Shown: in pieces, positions 57,236 to 64,000 of the stretch
Numbering within the stretch: the stretch's first letter is position 1
Layout: each line of letters begins with the position of its first letter
Assembly: GCA_947469485.1 (NCBI GenBank)
Contig: CANIPU010000004.1
Location: 27,537-91,536, forward strand
DNA: 64,000 nucleotides
Reading direction: 5' to 3'
Source: Chitinophagaceae bacterium
GTDB taxonomy: Bacteria; Bacteroidota; Bacteroidia; Chitinophagales; UBA10324
Made by a program: the position numbers and the translations under genes
The notes under the pieces: model-generated
Seen by the model: the letters and a program-made list of their open reading frames with translations, nothing else
The model's database searches: none
Told to the model about the DNA's origin: nothing

Positions 57236-59110
57236 TCAACTTACAGCAAGAACCGGGATTTTAACAAGGTGTCGGACCCTCGAAATGGTTTCACCGAAAA
57301 TAATATCCTTGATTCCACGGTGTCCATGAGTACCCATTACAAGTAGGTCGGCATTAAATTCGAATACACTTTTGGCAATAGCGTAGCTTCTTTTTCCGTA
57401 GCCTAATTCAAATGTGGCATTAAAACCTTTGTCGTTTAATTCCTTAGTTATTTGTATTAAATGTTCAAGATCTTCCTGCTCTTCTTTATCCGAAATTTGG
57501 TTTCCGATTAATAAAGCCCCTGCCGATTCAAGAATGTGTATGAAATGATATATTCCCTCTTTCCCGCCTACTGCGAGCGCTCTTGAGATAGTATTACTAT
57601 CGTGCTTTGAAAAATCGAGAGTGACAGCAATTCTTTTAAATTGTTCTTTGTTTTTTAATTCAGGTAAACTGAAGTCGTGAATTTTATTTTCCCTTTCCTT
57701 TCTTCTGAAAATAAATGGACCAAATGTGATATAAAGTAAAAGGATGCCTGCTATTACAGCAATCGGGAAAACAAAAACATAAATCCACCAGGCATTGTCA
57801 TATTCATTCATTAACGAAATAATCTCTTCAGATACCAGTTTGACATTCAATGTTACTATTACCAAAGCTGAAACCCATGATGCTAACTTCAGCCAAATGC
57901 CGATTGCAAATTCACCCATTTTATCTTTATCACTTACAAAGTGAATTAACGGGATTACAGCAAAACCTAATTGCATACTTAGAATAACCTGCGAAAGAAT
58001 TAATAAACTTCCCGTTGCACCTTCCCCATAAAACCATAATACAAGGAACGCTGGAACAACAGCAAGCATTCGTGTAATAAGACGGCGCAACCATGGTGTA
58101 ATGCGAAGATTTAAATAACCCTCCATAATTATTTGACCTGCGAGTGTACCGGTAATGGTACTGCTTTGTCCACTTGCTATTAAAGCAACAGCAAACAAGA
58201 TCGGAGCGAGCGAGGAACCGAGTAATGGTTCAAGCAACTTGTGGGCATCAGTAATATCTGCAATGTCGAACATTCCTCTAGTAAAAAAAACCGATGCAGC
58301 AAGAATTAAAATTGCTGCATTAACAAATAAAGCAAGGTTGAGCGCAATGGCACAATCGATAATGTTAAATTTTATAGCTTTTCGCATTCCTAAAACCGTC
58401 CGTTCAATTTTTCGAGTCTGAACTAATGATGAATGGAGATATAAATTATGAGGCATTACTGTTGCCCCAATAATTCCAATGGTTAAATAAAGCGCAGTTC
58501 CATAAGGAATTGAAGGAATAAATCCTGCTGCAATATCTCCAACATCAGGTTTTGCCATCAATAATTCTATAAGAAAGCTTCCACCCATTATTACAACCAT
58601 TCCAATAATGAATACTTCCATTTTTCGAATACCAATATTCATTAATGTTAAAAGAATGAGGCAATCAAAAACAGCAATAGTTACCCCGCCTAGTAATGGA
58701 ATATGAAATAACAGATTTAATCCTATTGCAAGTCCGAGTACTTCAGCTAAATCGCAGGCTGCAATAGCAATTTCAGCAAGAAGATATAATGGAATATTAA
58801 TTATTGAATGATACATTTCTTTCGAAGCCTGAGCTAAATCTCTTCCCCTGACAATTCCTAGTCTTACGCAATGACTTTGTAATAACAATGCAATAAGATT
58901 TGACATAAGGAGTACCCAAATTAATTTATATCCATATGCGCTTCCTGCTGCTATATCCGTGGCCCAATTTCCAGGATCCATATAACCAACACTAACCATA
59001 TATGCAGGACCTGCAAAGGCAAATAAAGTTCGCCACCAGTTTTTATCTTTTGTTTCAACTGTTGAATGGACTTCTTCCAGTGATTTAGATGATGTGTTTT
59101 CTTTTTTCAT
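57236..59110 (-). CDS. mntH: Nramp-family divalent metal (Mn2+/Fe2+) transporter fused to a C-terminal universal stress protein (USP) domain
   Basis: 624 aa. The Nramp signature GPAYMVSVGYMDPGNWATD (DPGN) and MPHNLYLHS sit within ~11 TM helices (residues ~25-470). The C-terminal ~140 aa are USP-like: RIAVTLDFSKHD..., DLLVMGTHGHRGIKDIIFGETISRVRHLVKIPVLAV (G-x2-G-x9-G-E-T nucleotide-binding-type motif). Confidence 0.85.
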   Translation of the reverse strand: MKKENTSSKSLEEVHSTVETKDKNWWRTLFAFAGPAYMVSVGYMDPGNWATDIAAGSAYGYKLIWVLLMSNLIALLLQSHCVRLGIVRGRDLAQASKEMYHSIINIPLYLLAEIAIAACDLAEVLGLAIGLNLLFHIPLLGGVTIAVFDCLILLTLMNIGIRKMEVFIIGMVVIMGGSFLIELLMAKPDVGDIAAGFIPSIPYGTALYLTIGIIGATVMPHNLYLHSSLVQTRKIERTVLGMRKAIKFNIIDCAIALNLALFVNAAILILAASVFFTRGMFDIADITDAHKLLEPLLGSSLAPILFAVALIASGQSSTITGTLAGQIIMEGYLNLRITPWLRRLITRMLAVVPAFLVLWFYGEGATGSLLILSQVILSMQLGFAVIPLIHFVSDKDKMGEFAIGIWLKLASWVSALVIVTLNVKLVSEEIISLMNEYDNAWWIYVFVFPIAVIAGILLLYITFGPFIFRRKERENKIHDFSLPELKNKEQFKRIAVTLDFSKHDSNTISRALAVGGKEGIYHFIHILESAGALLIGNQISDKEEQEDLEHLIQITKELNDKGFNATFELGYGKRSYAIAKSVFEFNADLLVMGTHGHRGIKDIIFGETISRVRHLVKIPVLAVS

Positions 59111-59763
59111 ATTTGAACTCTTATATTTTTAGCAATATCAGCGCTAACCTGCACTTTGGATTTTCCATTTATCTGTAAAAGCATACTGTTGTCAAATGGA
59201 ATTTTCTCAAGTACTTTCAACTTAGAACCGAGTGATATTCCAATTTTACTGAGGTGTCGTAATAATTCAGGCTGGTCGCTTACAAGATTTACAATGGCTT
59301 CTTTTTTTTCAGATAGATCTATCAGTTTTTGTGAATCAGTGTTTATTATTATTCCTTTTTTATCAGGTATAGGGTCGCCATGGGGGTCAAATTTTGGATT
59401 TTCAAGAAACGAATCAAGTCGTTCAACCAAAGCATCAGATTGAATATGTTCCAGTTGTTCAGCCACTTCATGAATTTCATCCCAACTGAATTTTAATTTT
59501 TCCACCAGAAAATATTCCCACAAACGATGCTTTCTTATAATGAGCAATGCCTGCTGCTTGCCTGAATCTGTAAGAGTTACTCCATTGTATTTTTTATATC
59601 GAATAAGTTTTTGAGCAGCAAGTTTTTTAAGCATTTCAGTTACTGAGGCAGCTTTAGTACCTAAAGTTGCTGCTATATCATTGGTGGTTACAGATTGATT
59701 GCCAATGCCAGTATGATGAAATATGGTTTTAAGGTAATTCTCTTCAGAAGTAGTTTGAATCAT
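59107..59763 (-). CDS. mntR: DtxR/MntR-family metal-dependent transcriptional regulator with a C-terminal FeoA/SH3-like domain
   Basis: 218 aa. TSEENYLKTIF, a winged helix (TTNDIAATLGTKAASVTEMLKKL), the metal-site/dimerisation helix IRKHRLWEYFL...EVAEQLEH, and PHGDPIP. There is a 4-bp overlap with mntH. Confidence 0.85.
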   Translation of the reverse strand: MIQTTSEENYLKTIFHHTGIGNQSVTTNDIAATLGTKAASVTEMLKKLAAQKLIRYKKYNGVTLTDSGKQQALLIIRKHRLWEYFLVEKLKFSWDEIHEVAEQLEHIQSDALVERLDSFLENPKFDPHGDPIPDKKGIIINTDSQKLIDLSEKKEAIVNLVSDQPELLRHLSKIGISLGSKLKVLEKIPFDNSMLLQINGKSKVQVSADIAKNIRVQI

Positions 59764-59769
59764 TGGTGC

Positions 59770-59789
59770 GACTAATTATAAATTTAGTC
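59770..59789 (-). promoter_or_regulatory. candidate MntR operator (20-bp AT-rich inverted repeat over the predicted transcription start)
   Basis: The minus strand reads GACTAAATTTATAATTAGTC (arms GACTAA/TTAGTC). It lies immediately downstream of the -7 box and 7-26 nt upstream of the mntR ATG. Confidence 0.4.
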
Positions 59790-59796
59790 AAACCTA
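59789..59796 (-). promoter_or_regulatory. -7 promoter box (TAnnTTTG) of the mntR-mntH operon
   Basis: The minus strand reads TAGGTTTG, 26 nt upstream of the ATG at 59763. Confidence 0.4.
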
Positions 59797-59824
59797 AAAA
59801 ATAAATTATACTTTTCAAATATTT

Positions 59825-60115
59825 TTATCTGATAATAATCTCTTCAACAATTCCTTCCCCGAATCTGGTGTTAATGAGCTGAATCATTTGCAATCGGGAA
59901 TAAATGAGTTCGTTTTTTAAAGGAGCAGAGTTTACTTCAACATATAATTTTTTATTACGGAGATTTATGCTTTTTGTATATCGGGCAATAGTCTTTCCTA
60001 AGAGTTCCTCCCAACATTGCAATAAACGGATTTCATTTACCTTGTCATTCCACTTATTCGCTGTCATTAATTGTTTAAGAATATCACCAATAGGTTGGTC
60101 GTTATGTTTTTTCAT
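59825..60115 (-). CDS. DUF721 (DciA-like) protein
   Basis: 96 aa. WEELLGKTIARYTKSINLRNKKLYVEVNSAPLKNEL matches the DUF721 pattern (W..ivG..ia.ht.p..l..g.L.v.v.s..w..eL). It sits immediately downstream of recF, its usual position. Confidence 0.8.
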   Translation of the reverse strand: MKKHNDQPIGDILKQLMTANKWNDKVNEIRLLQCWEELLGKTIARYTKSINLRNKKLYVEVNSAPLKNELIYSRLQMIQLINTRFGEGIVEEIIIR

Positions 60116-60121
60116 TAAATT

Positions 60122-61249
60122 TTATTTTATGAAACCACTTTCAATTTTGAAATGCCTTAATTGCTTATCTGTTTTGATTTTTTGTTTCCATTCGGTGCAG
60201 GTTATAAAAACCTGACCACGATTTTTACTCGCTGCATCAGTTAATAATTTTTCAGAACGATGTTGGTCAAGTTTATCAAAAATATCATCCAGCAGCAAAA
60301 GGGGTGTTTCATTTTTCTTTTTAGCAATGAAATCAAACTGCGCGAGTTTAAGTGCAATGAGAAAAGATTTTTTTTGACCCTGACTTCCAAATTTTTTTAT
60401 AGACATTTCATTTAACTGAAAATCTAAATCATCACGATGGATACCCGCAGTTGTTCGTTGCAGTATCATGTCTTTTTCGCGGTTGGCTAAAAGGCTTTTT
60501 GCGAAATCATTTTCATTCAGCAATGAGTCGTATTTCATCAGTGCAGCTTCGTGCGCATCTGAAATGAATGCATAATGTTGATTCAATAAAGGAATTAAAA
60601 TTTTTAAACTAGCTTTCCTCTCCTCATAAATCTGTGCACCTAGATTTGCCAATTGTTCGTCAATTACATTCATTAAATCTTCATCGCGACTTTGGCCAGC
60701 ATACCATTGTTTTAAAAGTGCGTTTCGCTGCATAAGCACTCGATTGTATTGCATTAAGTCATCGAGATAAAGTCGATTAACCTGTGAAATTGTATTGTCA
60801 AGCCATTTTCTTCTTTCTTCACTTCCATCAAGTATTAATACAATATCGTCAGGAGCAATAACAACTAATGGAAATTTTCCTATGTGATCGGCTAATTTCT
60901 CGTATAAAATTTCATCGTGCTTCAGAAGTTTTGGCGTACCACTTTGAAAAGCAAGTGAAATGGATTCTGTTCTGTTTTCAGAAATAAAATTTCCTTGCAA
61001 GCGAAAAAAATCTTCATTGAAATTTACTGCTCCCAAATCTCCGGTATGAAAGTATCCTTTAGTTAAGCAGAGATAATTTACGGCCTCCAGTAAATTTGTT
61101 TTTCCGGCACCATTAGGTCCTGATAAAATATTCAGCCCTTCACAAAATGAAATATCTTGTTCTTTATAGTTTCTGAAATTAGTTAATTTAATATAAGATA
61201 GATGCAATCTGTGAAATTGAGGATTGCAAATATGCATTTGATTCAGCAT
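60122..61249 (-). CDS. recF: DNA replication/repair protein RecF
   Basis: Motifs LTNFRNY, Walker A GPNGAGKTNLLEA, signature GSQGQKKS, and Walker B LLLLDDIFDKLD. The true start may be the TTG at 61207, giving MHLSYIKLTNFRNY and a typical RecF N-terminus. The alternative is the ATG at 61249. Confidence 0.9.
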   Translation of the reverse strand: MLNQMHICNPQFHRLHLSYIKLTNFRNYKEQDISFCEGLNILSGPNGAGKTNLLEAVNYLCLTKGYFHTGDLGAVNFNEDFFRLQGNFISENRTESISLAFQSGTPKLLKHDEILYEKLADHIGKFPLVVIAPDDIVLILDGSEERRKWLDNTISQVNRLYLDDLMQYNRVLMQRNALLKQWYAGQSRDEDLMNVIDEQLANLGAQIYEERKASLKILIPLLNQHYAFISDAHEAALMKYDSLLNENDFAKSLLANREKDMILQRTTAGIHRDDLDFQLNEMSIKKFGSQGQKKSFLIALKLAQFDFIAKKKNETPLLLLDDIFDKLDQHRSEKLLTDAASKNRGQVFITCTEWKQKIKTDKQLRHFKIESGFIK

Positions 61250-61372
61250 TCACATTTACTTTGATTTGAGCCATAAGCTTTTTAAGGAAATTCGAGTTTT
61301 TTGATCGATTTTTATTAATATTTATTCTCAAAATTGAATTTTTTGCCTATTTGTCTTTAAGCAGATTTCCAT

Positions 61373-61380
61373 TAGGTTTG
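61373..61380 (+). promoter_or_regulatory. -7 promoter box (TAnnTTTG) for pdhA
   Basis: TAGGTTTG lies 23 nt upstream of the TTG start at 61403. Confidence 0.35.
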
Positions 61381-61402
61381 CCGCTCCTAAAAAAAACAGG
61401 CT

Positions 61403-62398
61403 TTGGCAAAAGCGAAATTCGGAAAAAAGGAATATTTAAATTGGTATGAAATCATGCTTCGCGTTCGTCGTTTCGAGGAAAAGGCGGGGCAATTGTATGG
61501 AATGCAAAAAATCCGGGGATTTTGTCATTTATATATTGGACAGGAAGCCGTTGCAGCTGGTACTATTTCAGCCTTGAGAAATGAAGACCCAATGATTACA
61601 GCTTATCGCGACCATGGTCTTGCTTTAGCAAAAGGTATGAGTGCGGATACTTGCATGGCAGAGTTGTATGGGAAAGTTACAGGTTGTACAAAAGGTAAAG
61701 GCGGTTCAATGCACTTTTTCAGTAAAGAACATTTTTTCTTTGGTGGTCATGGAATTGTTGGGGCGCAAATAGGATTAGGTGCCGGGATTGCATTTGCAGA
61801 AAAATACAAAGGAACTGATAATGTTTGCATCTGTTTCTTCGGAGATGGTGCAGCGCGGCAGGGAATTTTGCATGAAACATTTAATCTCGCTATGATGTGG
61901 AAGTTACCGGTAATTTTTGTTTGCGAGAATAATTTTTATGCTATGGGAACATCGATTGAGCGATCAAGCAATGTTGCAAATGTTTCTCAATTGGGATTAG
62001 GATATAATATGCCTTCTGCAATAGTGGATGGAATGAAATGTGAAAATGTTCATGAGGCTGTTTCGGAAGCGGCTGATCGGGCAAGAAAAGGTGATGGTCC
62101 AACTTTCCTTGAAATTCAGACTTACAGATATAAAGGTCATTCAATGAGTGATCCGGCAAAATATCGTAGCAAGGAAGAAGTTGAAGAATACAAACAAAAG
62201 GATCCGTTAGAAACAACACTTGCAACGATTTTTGAAAAGAAATTTGCAACAAAGGTTGAAATTGACTCAATCAATGATAAAATACAAGCAGAGATTGAAG
62301 CTTGCGTAAAATTTGCTGAAGAATCTGCATATCCTGATGCAGCAGAATTATTTACCGACAACTACTCTGAAACTGATTATCCATTCATACTATCCTGA
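61403..62398 (+). CDS. pdhA: pyruvate dehydrogenase (acetyl-transferring) E1 component, alpha subunit
   Basis: 331 aa with a TTG start. Motifs YRDHG, GKGGSMH, the ThDP motif GDGAARQG...ENNFYAMGT, and YRYKGHSMSDP (the phospho-loop region of heterotetrameric E1 alpha). Confidence 0.9.
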   Translation: MAKAKFGKKEYLNWYEIMLRVRRFEEKAGQLYGMQKIRGFCHLYIGQEAVAAGTISALRNEDPMITAYRDHGLALAKGMSADTCMAELYGKVTGCTKGKGGSMHFFSKEHFFFGGHGIVGAQIGLGAGIAFAEKYKGTDNVCICFFGDGAARQGILHETFNLAMMWKLPVIFVCENNFYAMGTSIERSSNVANVSQLGLGYNMPSAIVDGMKCENVHEAVSEAADRARKGDGPTFLEIQTYRYKGHSMSDPAKYRSKEEVEEYKQKDPLETTLATIFEKKFATKVEIDSINDKIQAEIEACVKFAEESAYPDAAELFTDNYSETDYPFILS

Positions 62399-62419
62399 TA
62401 AAAAAATAACAACAATAAA

Positions 62420-63088
62420 ATGACTGACAAAAAACAAGAACAAATACTCGACATTGGAGGAACATACTCAAAGTTTGAGCATTGGATTAACGAAAACAAA
62501 ACAATGCTTACAGTAGTTGTGGGTGGACTTTTCTTAGTAGTTGCAGGATACATGGGTTTTAATAAATTGTATCTTGAGCCAAAAGAAAAAGAAGCGCAAA
62601 ACCAAATGTTTGTAGCACAGAAATATTTCGAGAAAGATTCATTGAATCTTGCATTAAACGGCGATAAAAATTATCCTGGTTTTTTGAAGATTATGGAAGA
62701 TTATAAATGGACTAAAGCAGCAAATCTTTCTCATTATTATGCCGGAGTTATTTCTTTGAAACTTGGAAAATTTGATGATGCAATTATGTATCTTGAATCA
62801 TTTAACGGAAAAGATATTTTGGTTTCAGGCATGGCTTTGAATTGCCTTGGAGATGCTTATAGTGAAAAAGGTGAGATGGAAAAAGCAATTGATAACTATA
62901 AGAAAGCTGCTTATAATCACGAAAATGAGCTCACAACTCCAATATTTTTAAAGAAGGCTGGTATGTTGTTAGAAAAAACCGGAAAGAAAGAAGAGGCTTT
63001 GAAAATGTATCAGGAGATTAATGACAAGTATCCAAAGAGCACAGAAGCCCGTGACATAGAAAAATACATTGCTCGCACACAGGTGTAA
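62420..63088 (+). CDS. membrane-anchored TPR-like protein (YfgM-like architecture)
   Basis: 222 aa. It has a single N-terminal TM segment (LTVVVGGLFLVVAGYMGF) followed by TPR-like helical repeats (...ALNCLGDAYSEKGEMEKAIDNYKKA...). Confidence 0.65.
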   Translation: MTDKKQEQILDIGGTYSKFEHWINENKTMLTVVVGGLFLVVAGYMGFNKLYLEPKEKEAQNQMFVAQKYFEKDSLNLALNGDKNYPGFLKIMEDYKWTKAANLSHYYAGVISLKLGKFDDAIMYLESFNGKDILVSGMALNCLGDAYSEKGEMEKAIDNYKKAAYNHENELTTPIFLKKAGMLLEKTGKKEEALKMYQEINDKYPKSTEARDIEKYIARTQV

Positions 63089-63107
63089 TTTTTAAAAGTA
63101 TACAAAT

Positions 63108-63145
63108 TAAAAGCTGACTGAATTTTTCAGTCAGCTTTTTTTATT
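63108..63145. terminator. bidirectional rho-independent terminator
   Basis: AAGCTGACTGAA (63111-63122), loop TTT, TTCAGTCAGCTT (63126-63137), a perfect 12-bp stem. It is flanked by A-rich sequence on the left and T-rich sequence on the right, between convergent genes. Confidence 0.85.
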
Positions 63146-63566
63146 TTTTATTATCAAGGATAATATTGGTAATGCGACTAATGCACGAAAGTTTTCCATC
63201 ATCATCATAAATTTTTATTTCCCAGATCTGCGTAGTTCGGCCTAAATGAACGGGTCGTGTAATTCCATGAACATATCCTTTAAACGCTCCGCGAATGTGA
63301 TTGGCGTTAATTTCCAGTCCAACACACTTTCGTTCATCAGGATTGATACTAAGTACTGTTGCTATGCTTCCGAGCGATTCGGCAAGTACCACATTTGCTC
63401 CACCATGTAAACGACCTTGTGCCTGCATTGTTTTTTCATTCACAGGCATACGGGCTTTTATATAATCATCTCCGATTTCAGTAAACTCAATTCCAAGATA
63501 ATCGGGCATTGTGTTTTTATGAAAGTCGTTCAGCATTTTTAAATCAACGGGTTTAAACCAAATCAT
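63141..63566 (-). CDS. PaaI/YbdB-family hotdog thioesterase
   Basis: I chose the ATG at 63566 (MIWFKPVDLKMLNDF...), which removes the overlap with the upstream gene; the track ORF starts at 63614. The motif LHGGANVVLAESLGS (HGG...E) and the C-terminal hotdog strands are typical of the PaaI family. Confidence 0.8.
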   Translation of the reverse strand: MIWFKPVDLKMLNDFHKNTMPDYLGIEFTEIGDDYIKARMPVNEKTMQAQGRLHGGANVVLAESLGSIATVLSINPDERKCVGLEINANHIRGAFKGYVHGITRPVHLGRTTQIWEIKIYDDDGKLSCISRITNIILDNKK

Positions 63567-63585
63567 TTTTATTGTTTTAAAATTT

Positions 63586-64000
63586 TCACAAAATAAATCT
63601 TTCCTGTGTTTCATGATTTGGAATTAGACAAGAATCAACTTTTCCAAACCATTTATAGCGGTTGCGTGCTATGATATTATAAAACCCGTTTCGTATAAAC
63701 TTCGGAAAAATGTATAACGGATAAAATAAAATCCATTTTCCTCCAAGCAATAATGCAATTTTTAATGCAGCATCAGATCTTGTATAAAACTTTCCGTCAA
63801 TAAATAAGATTACCGTTTCCATTGCATTAATATCAATCGAATTATCTTTCAATAAATTACTAGCAAACGAACTTTGAAAAGGAGTAAAACAAAATATTTT
63901 TTTTCTATCCTGTTTCAAAATAAAATTTACACTGCGATTACACAAATGACATATACCATCATAAATTATTAGTGGCGATAAAGTGTTAGAGTCAGTAATT
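63586..64000 (-). CDS. DCC-family thiol-disulfide oxidoreductase (DUF393), 5' end beyond the right window edge
   Basis: The reading frame stays open upstream of the track's Met. The reverse complement of 63946-64000 continues ...TLSPLIIYDGICHLCNRSVNFILKQD, which carries the defining D-G-x-C-x-L-C motif. There is no start codon inside the window. Confidence 0.75.
   Translation of the reverse strand, partial: ITDSNTLSPLIIYDGICHLCNRSVNFILKQDRKKIFCFTPFQSSFASNLLKDNSIDINAMETVILFIDGKFYTRSDAALKIALLLGGKWILFYPLYIFPKFIRNGFYNIIARNRYKWFGKVDSCLIPNHETQERFIL

Overview
This is an AT-rich chromosomal segment of Bacteroidota type. The assignment rests on many type A/B T9SS C-terminal sorting domains, TAnnTTTG -7 promoter boxes, and typical tig-clpP-clpX and recF-DUF721 gene orders. 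I call about 56 protein genes, two of them truncated by the window edges, plus one tRNA-Leu(UAG). I found no rRNA, CRISPR array, transposase or integrase.

Housekeeping genes: clpX, clpP, tig, rel/spoT, fur, purA, pabB-like, slyD-like, recQ-family, ftsE, aconitase, ade, pcm, smpB, mntR-mntH, recF, pdhA. They are interleaved with accessory surface genes. At least seven T9SS cargo proteins are present, several very large and internally repetitive.

Most interesting observations:
1. 36900-40730 (-): a tight five-gene operon built around a eukaryote-type VTC/CYTH polyphosphate-polymerase-like domain. Its gene order is LTD/T9SS cargo, lipoprotein, VTC, DUF4956 membrane protein, DUF2490 beta-rich protein. 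I read it as a candidate envelope-spanning polyphosphate (or other polyanion) synthesis and export system.
2. 17517-19076: a sensor-less HisKA_3-type kinase whose phospho-accepting His is Asn, paired with an intact NarL-type response regulator.
3. 9923-12673: a T9SS cargo protein with a recognisable lysyl-oxidase-like copper amine oxidase domain.
4. 47747-50316: a copper-flavoured locus. It holds a T9SS-exported cupredoxin with a Gln axial ligand, divergent from an MbnP-like/di-haem MbnH-like pair.
5. 52008-52641: a 630-bp apparently non-coding gap containing a locally GC-rich cluster of CCGTGG/CCACGG palindromic hairpins.
6. 35908-36891: an MthK-like channel with a non-canonical TIGFME filter.
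7. 57236-59110: an Nramp-USP fusion under a candidate MntR operator.

All functional calls come from reading motifs in the supplied translations. No database search was run.
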